This document shows, in pieces, positions 1 through 12,512 of a DNA stretch of 64,000 nucleotides (positions within the stretch are counted from its first letter, which is position 1; every line of letters starts with the position of its first letter). The translations under genes and the position numbers were made by a program. The notes under the pieces are model-generated. The model made no database searches, was not told the DNA's origin, and saw nothing but the letters and a program-made list of their open reading frames with translations. Origin of the DNA: Callorhinchus milii (lineage: Eukaryota); NCBI RefSeq assembly GCF_018977255.1, contig NW_024704742.1:31374001-31438000 (forward strand), in the 5' to 3' direction.

Positions 1-449
1 CTACTCAGAATGCTGTACATTGGATAGGTTGGATGCTGATAAATGGAGAAGGGGAGGGAGAGATGACCATAGCGCAGTCAAAGTGGTACGTCTGTGAGTG
101 GAGCAAAACTTGCTGAGTGGTGTCCCCCTCTTTTGTCCTAAGCATATTCTTCAAATAAAGGATGGAATTCATTTAGTAATAATAATTCTTGCATTTGATA
201 TAGAGTTGTAAAATAAAGTGGATTGTCTATATATATTGTGGGGGAAACTACTCTTTTCAGAGTTAGGAATTTTACTGCATATTTCACCCCATAAAAAGTA
301 ATTATAGATTTTATAGTCTGTGTATAGAATGCATATAGCCTTTATAGGCTGTAGAGACAAGAGTCTACATAGGCTATAGAGGGAGGGGAGTACTGCCCAT
401 ATTGACTGCATTGGCTGTATCGATACTACAGTCATGTCAACCTGTTCAC

Positions 450-592
450 TCCCTCTTCGGCCACCCTATTACCCTCCCTGCCCTCTCTGATTTCAACCCC
501 CCTGCTCGGGTCCAAATTCCTGACTGTCCAGAAACTTGGGACATCCTCCCTACGTGAAAGGTACTATATAAATGTAATTTTGTATTGTATTT
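450..592 (+). mobile_element. L2-clade LINE 3' terminal fragment
   Basis: ends ttgggacatcctccctacgtgaaaggtactatataaatgtaattttgtattg, same 3' end as the ORF-bearing L2 copies at 34845 and 47370. Confidence 0.75.
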
Positions 593-879
593 TACAGTGT
601 TGTACGGCTGTGTATGGACTATAAAGGGCCTGTATAAACTGTAGACTATACAGGCCGTGCTTAGACTGTAGATAGACTATACAGGCTGTTTATTTGGTAT
701 AATTAGGCAGAGTAGGACTTATAGGTTCTGGGTAAGGAAAAGTTTAGCTCAGGTAATAGGGGGATGAGTCTGCACCCAAGCTCTGGAAAGAGGATGATTT
801 GACAAGGGCTGAAAAACATGCTTCTGTTTGGAAATGTGTTTTAGTGATAATTGTCAGGAATTTGAACTCAGCCCAGGTA

Positions 880-1297
880 GTGCTGGGGGTGGGGGTTTGA
901 GGATGGTGTACTGAATATCAGACATGCCGTCGTTCAGATGAAACATTAAACCATCTGTCTGCAGATCCCACTGGCCCACTGTTTCTCCTGGTGTCCTGGC
1001 CAACAATCCCCTAGATACAATTGGCAAACACTCCATAGCTGTTTGTGAGACATTGCTGCGAGCAATTTGGGTGCCTTGTATGTCTACAAAATACACAGTT
1101 ATCACACTATACAGTAAATCCTGTGAAGCATTTTTAGTTCTTTTGATGACATGATAAATCCATACAACAACAACAAGATTACATTTGTAAAGCGCCTTTC
1201 ACGTGGGGAGAACGACCCAAGGCGCTGGACTGTGTACAGCATTTCAGTGTACATATACACCATATATCAAATGCAAGGATTATTAATATTATTATTG
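880..1297 (+). mobile_element. DeuSINE-like SINE (family A), interrupted by a minus-strand L2 tail at ~1165-1235
   Basis: cctggtgtcctggccaacaatccc core and atatcaaatgcaaggattatt tail. Confidence 0.7.
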
Positions 1298-1514
1298 AAA
1301 TACAATGAGTCAAGGGAAAGTCAGAAGCTCTAGGCAGGAGGCTAATGCTCAGCTACAGTTGTGCTGTATGCCTCTTCTGACACAGCTCCTCAATTGAGGC
1401 ACAGAGGACACCTGAAACCAGTACAGCTCTCCAGGAGTTATGGTCTGCTGCAGAAATTCCTTTCTCTCCAGATGTTTACCTTCCAGTTCTCTCTGATGAC
1501 AGCTACAATCAATC

Positions 1515-1830
1515 TTAGGGACCTATCAGGAACACCCCCCCCCACCATACTGAGACCTGTGAGACAGCCACCCCTCCCCTCATCCCCATTCCACACCGTT
1601 ACAGCACCTTGAGACTTCCTCCCGATGTGAGAGGCGCTGTACATGTAATTTGTTGTTGTTACCTCTGAGGAACAGAACCTCCCCCTCACCATGACCTGTG
1701 AGAGAACTTCCCCCACTCCTCCTCACAATGACCTATGAGAGACCCTCCCGCCTCACCGTGACCTGTGAGAGAAACTCCAGCCCCCGGGGTGATCTATCAG
1801 GGAAGTCCAGCAACCTGTCAGAGAGGGTGG
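1515..1830. repeat. degenerate minisatellite (GACCTGTGAGAGA plus C-rich spacer)
   Basis: core recurs about six times, e.g. ~1554, 1693, 1730, 1760. Confidence 0.6.
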
Positions 1831-2857
1831 TGTAGCAGGTGCAGGCCTCTGTAGATCTGAGCAGGACTAAATAGCCGGCGTCCTGTAGGAGTGGGTGGTG
1901 AACACTGCGAGCAGTCGGCTGGAGTGAAAAGGCCTCGATTGCTCTCACTGATGGACAACAGTCGATAATCACACTGGGGGGCAAAATAGTGACTTGGGCT
2001 AATCAAGGATAAAATGTCTGTAGTGGCAAAAATAAAGTCTCTATTCTCCCATGTGGCCATTTTTCTGTCGGAGAAGGGTGATGGGGGGAGAAGAGAAATT
2101 TCCCCCAGCCCTTCCCCATCCTCATAATATCTAACTGAAAAGTGTTCCCATTGCCTTCTCTTGAGGACCTCCAGAGGATTACAATGCAGTCAATGCTGCT
2201 TTAATTAAATTTAATGCTGTGTGAAGCGCACTCCTAGAATCTTTGATGAATGACTGGGGCCATTCATGCCTCCCAGCAAAGGGCAGTCAAGCCTTGCATG
2301 GGTGTCAGTCTGCAATGAATTGGTTAGTACTGGCATGTTTATAGACTGTGTAAGGAACCTTGTATTTGTGTGGTAATGTCAGTGATAATGTTATGATTTG
2401 CCAAGATAGGCTTTGATGATATAGTTAATGAGATGTCCTGGGGTGCATCCCCTCAGGCTACTTTTAGACCTCCCACTTCAAACAGCAACCTTGCCCCTCT
2501 GAGCTACATTTGTGTTGCTCAGCTGTGCTTTTCTTTCCAGCTTGCATTTTTGAAATACAAACATTTCTTTGGAAGCGGCATTGTCAAACTCATTCTGGTC
2601 CCGACTGTAAATTTTATATAGCAAACCAACACAAAACACACACAAATGACACAACTTCCAACAGCACCCCATGCTTTGATGTGCGCCTTTTATTTATTCA
2701 AGCACATTTTGCTTCTTTATCCCACTGAATCATAAATTCTCTCTCCCCTCCGTAGGGTTAGCTTTCAGATCTCATTTGATTCTCTTGGACCCTGTTGAAA
2801 AATCATTGATCTCACCCGAAGGGCTGAATGGGCCAGCAATGATCATATGGACTGGAT

Positions 2858-3300
2858 TATTTTGGGGTCAGTCTAGGTGTCTGACATGTGTGTCAGAAAG
2901 TCATGGACAATCATGCTTAAAGTATCCAAACTTGAGAGTTCCCCATACATTGAAACTCATCTTTGTTTGGTATGGAATACATGCTCTCTGCCGCTGGAGG
3001 GATGCAGCCTGCTGAAATCCCGAAGGGTTCAGGTGCAGTTCTTAAGAAGAGCCTAGGCTTGAATACCCTGAGACTGTGCATTGGGGTAAACCTGGAATTT
3101 AACCAACTAAAACTGCACAGTCTCCCATTGTGAACACTGGCAAGCTTCTAACTATGTGTGTCCAGCAAGGAGCAGCCTACTCATTGAGGCTATGGGTTAC
3201 AGGGGAGAGGTATCAAGAGTTGAGTGGAAAGAATCCCAGTTCCCCAGTGACTGTTGTGCTCCTGCAAATCTTGTTAATGAGACAGTGTGATCACAGACTG
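2858..3300 (-). mobile_element. unclassified dispersed repeat (family X), long degraded copy
   Basis: colinear with copies at 32875, 40800, 51309 and 16330. Confidence 0.65.
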
Positions 3301-3304
3301 GACG

Positions 3305-3493
3305 AGCTGTGCTAAGTTACCAGATCTCATCGGGTCAGCAGTTAGGGCGCTACAATTAGTCGCAGCATCCCTTGGGTAGGAAGAAGATAAACACTGCTGA
3401 TCTCCATCAGGAGACACCTACTGGAAGCTGCATATATGTGGTCAAGTGTGGTCAGGATCAGGGTTAAATACGATGCTCTCTGTAGTTGAATAA
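3305..3493 (+). mobile_element. old SINE-like element (family C), central part
   Basis: similar to the reverse complement of 12165-12512 and 41205-41495. Confidence 0.5.
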
Positions 3494-3680
3494 CAACAAC
3501 AAACAACAAAAATTACATTTGTATTGCGCCTTTCACGTTGGGAGGACGTCCCAAGGCGCTGGACAATCAGTGTTTCAGACCCGAGCTGGGAGTCGTGATC
3601 GGGGAGGGTGGAGGGCAGGGGGGGAAGGAGGTTGGCCGAAAGCACGGTCAAAGAAGAGGGTTTGAGATGGGACTTGAAAC
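3493..3680 (-). mobile_element. L2 LINE 3' fragment
   Basis: (CAA)n-aaattacattt...gggaggacgtcccaaggcgctggac, matches 34845 onward. Confidence 0.8.
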
Positions 3681-4864
3681 CTGTACCACTCACTGTCAAG
3701 ACTAAAACCAGAACGACGGTTACTTGGACAATGTAGTGGAAAGTGCCCGGAATTGTACCCTAATAGAAGAGATTAAAAAGAGAGTCAAATGCCCTCTGGA
3801 GAGGAGGAATCAGAAACGAGAAAAACTGAGGAGAAGGATTAGTTAGGGAAAAACTAGCTGTTCAACACATACATTACAAAAACAACTTGCACTTATATAG
3901 CGCCCTCCACACAGGGTAGTGTCTCAGAGCGCTTAAAATAAGGAGCACTTTTTACACAGGATATACAAGACCACAATGTTAGTTTGGTGTAGTGTTGAAA
4001 ATCAATAATCAAACACAAAGTTTCTGGCTCCTCAAGCAGCACAATAACATAATTTTAACAGTGATAGGACTGAGCTTTTATTTATTGCACACTAATCAGT
4101 GCAACAACAGGATGGACTGAGCCAAGAGTTGAGAGTGACTTTGGTGATGGACTGGGAAGGATTGCACTCCTTCGACTGAGGGGGCGTGAGAAAGTAGATT
4201 TGCAAGGAGATAGTTATTAGATTTCTTTGATAGTTTTGGGCATTGTTGAAAAACCAATGATCTTCGACTGGTCTTGTAGACAAAGGCACCACCTGATCAC
4301 AGAGATTCGAATGTCAGCCTGTGCTGAGCCACCGAACATCAGTGAAAACCACAAGGTTATCTGTCGTGCTACAGGAGAGTGACAGCAGGTGCTGAAGTTG
4401 GTTCAGGAAAGAGAGAATTAATATCTTTCTATGTTACAATTTTTTTCTCATCTCATTGGGCCTTCTTCATCCAAACCAATCTTGTGATCTTATGATCACT
4501 GTAGCAGCTGAAGGTAATACAGGATTGCTTGGCTTGGAGAAACAGTGCTTAGATCTAAAGGAATCTCTAATTTTGGAATAATAATCCTTACATATGACAC
4601 AACGCCATTCACATCAAGAGGACATCTCAAAGAGCTTCACAGGGTTTACTGTGATAAGTAGTGACAGCGTATTTTGTAGGTAAACGAGCATCCAATTTGC
4701 TCACAGGAATATTCCATAGATAGCCATGGAGGTAATGACCAATTAAAAAACACAATTGTAGAACATCACAAACACGTGAAAACCCAAATGAGGTATCTTC
4801 ACTTGACCAGCCTGCACCTAGGCTATTGATTAAGGGATTACTGACCTCATCAAAGAAATCTATG

Positions 4865-5235
4865 TTGCATTTGCATAGAGTCCTTCATGCGGGGTAGAGT
4901 CTCTGCATTCTTAACAATGGCAGAACTTGATGCTTAGCCAGGGAAAGAGGGGAAGTGACCATTGGCATCGTTGAAGAGAAAGGTTTTCAGGTGTGAGCTG
5001 AAGAAGGACATAGTAGGGGCAAGGAGGAGGGTATGAGGCAGAGTCTCGGGGTGTAGTGGTTGAATGCATGGCCACTGATGATGGAAAGAAGGGCTGAGCA
5101 AATTGCAGGAAGCCGGAGTCAACTGAGTGAAGAGTATAGGTAGAGGAGTGTAAGCAAGACGGAGAGGAGACAGGGTCTAAAGGTGATTTGTACATGAGTG
5201 TGAGGATCTTGAAATCGATCTTGATTTCAAGTAGG
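4865..5235 (-). mobile_element. degraded L2 LINE 3' fragment
   Basis: IDFKILTLMYKS and HLKTFLF motifs in minus-strand ORFs. Confidence 0.7.
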
Positions 5236-5996
5236 TTTGTAAAGCATAACCTATGGGGTCTCAGCACCAGTATCTGGTTGTAGACTGTGCTCTTTAGATG
5301 AGTATTTGTAACATCCCATATAATGTCAGAGAGTATTTTTCTAACAACAGATACCAAAAAAAAGTGTATAATCTTCACTCATTTTTTGCTCCTTTTATAA
5401 ATATTGGGATAACATTTCCTATCTTCTGGTCCTTGACAGGTACTCCAGTCACTTCACAAGAATATTAACCAGAGAAACATTTTCCCTCTATAGAGTAAAT
5501 AATTAAAACACCCAGAGAGAACCAAAAGGCAATACAATCACCCAGTAACAGCTTTGTGACACCATTCTCTCTTAAAATGTAAGATCTCACTGGATTATAG
5601 ATAAAAAATTCAGGCTTAATTTGGAAACCAGTTTTCTACAGTTTTAAAATCCAGTTTCCAAATTAATACAAAATTTAAGAATTTTCTAGAATTTTACTCA
5701 ATCTTAAATTTTAGGACAAAATTAAAGACTAGGTGGAATTTCAGGCCCAAAGTCACCTTCACAGTCAGGCTTGAAATGACTGAACACCTTGAAGACTTGT
5801 AATTTCTCATAGTTTTTGCCTTAATATCATTGACTTACAATTACAAATGCAAAAAGAGATTTTGAAGGTTCTTAAATGTCTGCCTTCACTTGGAAGCTAG
5901 TTTAAAAAGGCTAAGATCATTTTAAGATTTTTTAAAAAGATATTGGCCTTAATACCAAGTTCAAATCCTTCTCCTAACCACTCCTTAAATATTTGT

Positions 5997-6075
5997 CTTT
6001 GTCAGTTGGGTATCTGACACATGTGGAAACACCTCATCATGCTTAAGAGTCTTCAAACCAAGCTGAGACTCCTTA
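5997..6075 (-). mobile_element. family X terminal fragment
   Basis: gtcagttgggtatctgacacatgtggaaacacctcatcatgcttaagagt, as at 32875 and 51309. Confidence 0.65.
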
Positions 6076-6726
6076 AATGAGAAGTCCCCACCTCACCCAG
6101 GAGGAAACCACAGCCAAGATCCTTGTTATGGTGTGACTTCCCATTCTGCCCAAATGCTATGCCAAGATTTCCTGGCCTTAGGAAGCAATCAAATGCTGTA
6201 CTGGGGTACAACACTGGAAAATCTTCTTGGAGGACTGAGAATCAAGAAGGATAGCATTTCCCAAAGAGGTAATTCGTGGGCCAACAGGTGCAGGAAGATA
6301 TTTCTCAAATCAGGGAATGGGAAGCAGTGAGGTTGGAGCTATGCATCTGGTGAACAGGTTGGTACAGAAAGACTGATAGCTGTGTGGATGAAATAAGGTT
6401 GTATCAATAAGGGTGTGATTTACCAAAAATTGGCAGCCACTCGTGTAACAGTTGATGGTTTCTGGTACATGTGATTCAAAAGGTGATCTTAAAGAAGGAT
6501 ATTATCAACAAAATAGATAATTTAAATAAATAATCCTTACACAAACAGTTGTAACCCTTACTTTCTGAACTCTAAATTCACAACCATGGAGCCTGAGTGA
6601 AGATAACAAAACATAATAAACATCCAGCAGCAACAGTAGCAACATTCTCCTTTTGTTGAAATAGTGCCTTGCTTTGCTGTTTAAAAGTTATGAGTTAGAA
6701 ACCCGCACATAAATGAACATGTCCTG

Positions 6727-7049
6727 AATAATAATCCTTGCACTTGATGTAGCATCTTTCGCATCGGGAGGATGGCTCCAAGTGTTTTACAGGATTTACT
6801 GTAAATATTTGGAGGTGATGTCCTTCGAATGAAATGTTAAACTTAGGTCCCATCTGCCTATTTAGGTGGATATTAAAGATCCCATGGTGCTACACAAAAA
6901 GAGAAGGGAGTTTCTTTGCTGTTTTGGCCAACGATCCCCCCAAATAAAAATTGGGCACTCACTTTGTGGCTGTTTGTGGGACATTGTTGTGCGCAAATTG
7001 GCTGCTGCGATTGCCTACAAAATACACAGTCACTACACTTCACAGTAAA
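6727..7049. mobile_element. DeuSINE-like SINE with internal inversion (3' part on -, upstream part on +)
   Basis: tail at 6727-6805 on -; Deu core ttaaagatcccatgg to cacagtaaa at 6809-7049 on +. Confidence 0.75.
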
Positions 7050-7779
7050 GTTGAACAAAACCAATGCTGGAGACACTTATCATTAAGAGTTCACTTATAC
7101 AGCATTTCTGTTTCTGTAGTTTTCGGATAACCGTATGTGGAAGAAGGATGTTGTGCAGCTTTGAGTTTTGATCCTCCAGTTTGTGAACTTTAGTCTCCTA
7201 GAGGTAAATTCTCCTCGAAAAGTTTATGTAACATGATTTTATACCAAGAGCATTGAACTGTTTACACAGAAACTAAAATGCTTTCCTTTGTTTGCACAGG
7301 CATAAGAAAAGTTCAGTGCATCCGTCCAATAACCTACATCAAAGCAGCTTCCCATTCAAGAAGTATATTTAAACACACAGTATGGGTTCAATCTGTGGGA
7401 CAGGCTGGGGAAGAGAGGGAGGGGGTTGTCTACATATACCACGCACAAGAAGAACTCCGCAAATTATGTTTGTATCAGCTTTCTGCCTCAGCATTGATCT
7501 AATTTGTGCACATCCAGCGGGTGCTGTCCATTGTGTAAGCGTTACACACAAACAGCTAATCCTGTATGTTTATAGTTCTCTTACGTTTCATTTAAGAAAG
7601 GATGGGAGCTATTGTTCTGACATCACAGACCATTTGGAAAATAAAGTCAAACACTTTAGGAATTATCACATTTATATTACATTAAACAAAGTGTTTTTAT
7701 TGATAACAGTTTCAAGAATATAGGAATGTATAGCCCGTAAAAAGACCATTGTGTCCATTGGCTGGTTCTGAAATTTGAA

Positions 7780-8790
7780 TAATAACAACAACTTGCATTT
7801 ATATAGTGCCCCTCATACAGGGTATCATCCCAGCGTGTAGAATAATCCCTTGGAGACTTTCACTGTGATGATGCCGGATCCAGAGCTGAGGGGTTGGGAT
7901 TAGGAAGATGATCATAGGTATCGTCGAAGAGGTACGTTTCTAGATGGGTTTTGAGATAGGTTTAGAGGGGCAAGGTGGAGGGATGGAGTTTCAGAGGGTG
8001 GAACTGAGAGAATGGAGGGGTTAGTCAAGTGGTTAGCCAGAGTTAGTCAAGTGGAGATGGCGATCAGGGAAGTGGGATTGGAGAAGATCACAGAAATAGG
8101 GAGGAGCGAGGGCATGCAGGGATTTGTACGTGAAGGTAAGGGTCTTGATGTCAACCAGCAAGGAACCAGTAGAGCATGGTGAGGACATGGGGTGACAGGC
8201 ATGCAACATTTTTTGGTGGGGGGGGGTAAGAATGCGGGCAAATCTAGAGGTGATAAAGGCATGAATGAGGGTTTTTGGCAGCATTCAGCACGAGAGAGCA
8301 ATGGAAGTGGGCGATGTAATGAAAATGCAGAAAAGCTACCTTGGTCAGGGATCAGATATGAGGGAGGGATGAGAGCTGAGAGTCAAACTAAACACCAAGG
8401 CTTTGTTCTGTAAGTTTGAGAAAGGTTGGGAAGGTTGAAGAAGTCAGAGCTAGAAGCAAGGAAGTGTTGTTGGGAACCAAGGAGGATGGCTTCCATCTTG
8501 TCCATGTTAAATTGAAGGAAATTGAAGCTAATCATGATATCTGACAGACAGCTAGTCCAACATCAGTGGACTTGGAATTAAGGGTAGAAGTAGAGAGTTG
8601 GATTTGGGTGTCATTAACTTGATGTGACCAAGGGAGAGCACATCAATAAAGAAAATGAGGGGATCAGGGATAGAACAATGGAACCATGCAAGAAAGAGGC
8701 AAAACCATTGGAAGAACCCACAGGCAAAGGGTTAAGTATAATTGGAACCAGAAAAGTATGGTCCTACAGAAGTGTATGAGAGAGCAGGAA
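7780..8790 (-). mobile_element. old L2 LINE fragment (RT to 3' end)
   Basis: KTLIHAFITSR and YKSLHALAPPYFCDLL motifs; (CAA)n tail near 7785. Confidence 0.75.
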
Positions 8791-9939
8791 GATAAAGTGA
8801 TCAAGGAAGATAGAGTGATTGAGAGAGCAGAGGCGATCAAGGAAGATCGAGCGATTGACAGTGCCGAAGTCAGCGGAGAGGTCAAGGAAATCGAAGAGTC
8901 AGAACACTTGTCAGATGGTAGCAATACCCGGTTATCCTATAAAGATATATTGCAATTCGCTTCAGTTAAGTGAATCCTGGGAAATTATTTGAATTATCTA
9001 AACTTCACAGGAATGGAATATTGATTACCACTTGTTATTTCCTCCAACCCCATTTTAATGTTTGCTTGGCTCAGTAGGTTGCACTCTCTGTGTCTGGTTG
9101 AGAAGGCAAGGTAGGTGCTATATCAGGGCATTATTGTATAGGAATCGTATCTTGCTTAGAATTTAGCTGATTGGAAGTATGGGAATTGTTAAGTGCATCT
9201 GCAGTCATGCTATCTCTCTGCAATGCCAAGATGGCATTCTGTCTGATTCCCATCCTGTGCAGTTCAGAGGGATCTAATACACACAAATCATAACCTCTGT
9301 AAGTTGATTTTATGTGAGTGCTAAAAGAAGCTTTCTTGATATATTGCACTACTCCTTGTATGGGATGCATCTATTGCTAGGTCAAAGGACCAAATCCTAA
9401 TAGAGCTCATCACAGGGCTGTATTAGTGTGTGACAGCTAGCTATAGATTTTGGATATTTGGTGTGACTTTCTATAGAGCGATGTCAGAGGTCTGTCCATG
9501 CTATTAGAGTTAAGCATGACCAGATCATTCCCAATTATTTTAAGATGACTTTTAAACCATATATAACAAAATATGTTCCTGCAACTCCAAAACTGATTTT
9601 CTTTTGGAACTGAGAAATTCGGTCAAAAAATTTTCTATCTGTATTTTAACTCTGCCTTCTTACAATTACTAACAGAATACTAACAGCATAAAGTTAGATC
9701 TTTAAAGTACACCTCATTTCCATCCTCCACTTTAGCTACATTTGTGACATCTCTAATTGAGATTTCCAACTTAGTTTTTGTCCACCAGTCAATGGTTCAG
9801 ATTCCCAGGCTACATTGCTCAGTAGATAATAATAATAATAATAAATTCTTGCATTGATAAAGCACCTTATTACATCGTCAAGATGTCTCAAAGTGCTTAA
9901 CAGGATTTACTGTAAAGTATAATGACTGTATATCTTGTA

Positions 9940-10265
9940 AATAATAATAATAATAACAATAATCCTTGCATTTGTTATAGCACTTTTCACATCTTCTAGA
10001 CGTCTCAAAGCACTTCACAGAATATACTGTAAAGTGAATTGACTGTTTATTTTGTGGGCAAAACGGGGCAGCCAATTGCGCACAGCAGTGTCCCACAAAC
10101 AGTCATTGAGTGCCCAAATTATAATTTTTTTTCTTGAGGGATTATTATCAGGCATGTTGAGTAAGGAAACTTGCCCAAGGTTTCGCTCTATCGGGAATCA
10201 AACCCAGGAGTCTCGCTTGCAAGGCGAGTGTTCTAACCACTGAGCTACCCAACTCCACAATTCAA
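9940..10265 (-). mobile_element. tRNA-Ala-derived SINE (family B, short form), full length, inserted in an older SINE
   Basis: tRNA-like head, (TTA)n tail, TTGTA duplicated at 9935-9939 and 10266-10270. Confidence 0.85.
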
Positions 10266-10382
10266 TTGTAGGCAATTGATACGAATTTGCACACAGCAGT
10301 ATCCTAAAAACGGGTGTGAGAAGAATGACCAATTTTAGCAAAAAGAGGAGACTTTCATCCTTTCACTTTGGGTTGAATTCAT

Positions 10383-10593
10383 GTGGAATTTAATGGTTCA
10401 GGAAGCCGTAGTGACATAATCAATTGGGATGTTTAAAGGGGAGATTAGATGCTCGGGAAGTAAGAGTATTAAGCGGCATGGAGAAAAGGTGGGGAAATGG
10501 GATTAAAAGAACTGCTATGATCTAAAGAAAAACTAGTAGAGCAAGCTTAATGGGTTGAATGGCCTCCCCATGTTCCTGTGTTTCTATGATTCA
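10383..10593 (+). mobile_element. CR1-clade LINE 3' end
   Basis: atgggttgaatggcctccccatgttcctgtgtttctatgattc, typical CR1 terminus. Confidence 0.65.
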
Positions 10594-12164
10594 AAAGCGG
10601 GCCACAGAGTTGAGGTGACAATGTGCTGCCTCACAATGAGATACAACATACACTGGTCCCTAACAGGAGTCAACTTTTCCTTCTGTGTTTATTAAGTGTG
10701 AAAAACACATTTGACTGATATCGCCCTCCAGGCATGTCGGGAAAAGTACTTGGGAATCAATTAAAATTGCATCTTGATTGAAATCACATTCAAATTAATT
10801 GTTTTATTAAAATCTAATCAGATTAAGAATACTTTCATATAGGAGGTGGGGGTAGGTGCCGAACTGTCACATTCAGATGACACAAAACAAACTGATATTG
10901 ATTCTAAAATATTTATACATTGAAGCAATGCACAGAATGGCATTCATAAAATAGCCGATATTTTGTTGTACTATTGCACTAGAACGTAATCTTTATATTA
11001 ATACCTCAATAATTCCTTGGTTATTGTTTATGTTTTTTTACCCTTACATGATTCTAAGCCACCTTTTCCTGCACTGAATAATCTGCTCTGATTCTTTCGA
11101 AAAATGAAATGATCCTTGAAATTATTATTTATTTAAAACTCAGCCTGACGCAGAGACAAAACAATGTGGATAAAGCTCGTATCTCCACTAGTGTGACAAC
11201 ACAGCGACAAAGTGGCAACACCAGGCAGCCCTTTGTGATTTTCTTTGGTTAACTAAATCAGAAGAATTAACTTTTTCAGTTCGAAACACAATAGGAGTAC
11301 TATAAATGGAATATAATGAATATGTAAAGCAGACTGGAGGGGATTATTCTCCCTCATTGATTTAGAATGGGGGACAAATTCCACTCTACGCAAGATTGCA
11401 GAATAGCAATCCAATCAAGCAGGTCATAAACCTCATCTCAGGGAGGCAGGAGGGATTTTCGCGTCAGCTAAACCTTACTTCCTCCATCGCTACCTGTAGT
11501 TTTATGGTGCAAATCTGTGCTTCTGGTTATGCGCTATGTTGAGTCTTGGTAATTTGTTGATGGTAGATATTATTTTTCTTGGCAATTTACTCCGTCAATT
11601 TTCTCTCCTCTCCGAGAGGTGACAATTACTCCACACTTGCAGTAGCTCACTCATGGAACAGCCTGACACCTGGCGTACTCAACGAGGAACCAATGGAAGA
11701 ATTCAAAAAACAAGAGGAGGAATTAAGGGGATTTGTTATTTTTGGTGTCAATGCATGAAGGAGATGAATAAGCAGTTCACGTGCATAGACCTAAACAGCT
11801 GGCAGGCGAAATAATCAGAATGGCTTCTTTTTGTTCCCTCTTTTGCAGGTTCTTGTGATGTTTGAGGACCTTTTGCTCATGCACTTTACGGCTGTCTGAT
11901 GTGTAGTGACTGTATATTTTGTAGATATATTTTTTTACCTTTTCACGAACACAACAACATATTTGCGCATGCCAATGTCCCACAAATAGCAATTGCTGTG
12001 CACAAATTCGTTGCCGTGTTTTTTTACAAAATATACAGTCATTACATTTTACAGTAAATCCTACGAAGAGCTTTGAGACGTTTCGACAACACGATAAGGC
12101 ACTGCATCAAGTGCAGGGATGATTATTTTTTGTGTCTGATGTTTGCTTCGCCTTACTTTCAATA

Positions 12165-12512
12165 TTCTCGCTTCCTTTCTGAAAGACAGCAAGCGGGTTT
12201 CCGAGGCTGATGGTGGCCACAGAGTACATTGGCCATTCTCATATGTGTGAGTGTGAGCAGTAAGCACCATTGAAAGGTAGTGGGCATCCCCATCCATCAG
12301 CATCCGCACTTGTGCACTTCCTGCAGGGAGGAGGTGGGTTTCAGGAAGCTCAGCTGGGGCTTTTTTTAGCCCAGAGATGTTGAAGCCATTGGCCACATTA
12401 ACTCCCTGAGTGAGGTCAGTTAACTCAAGACTGTAGATCAAGAATCAAACCTGGGACTTTCTAGGGCTGGAATCTTGAGCGTCGCATCATTACTAACTGA
12501 GCTCTAAGAGGA
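12165..12512 (-). mobile_element. old tRNA-headed SINE (family C), near full length
   Basis: on - strand, A-box-like gagctcagttag and B-box-like ggtttgattc; colinear with 41205-41495. Confidence 0.55.

Noticed and set aside
4238..4383. Short open frame in unique sequence
   Set aside because: No recognisable homology or convincing splice sites.
8686..8973. Charged repetitive ORF
   Set aside because: Local purine-rich duplication at the edge of an antisense L2 fragment.
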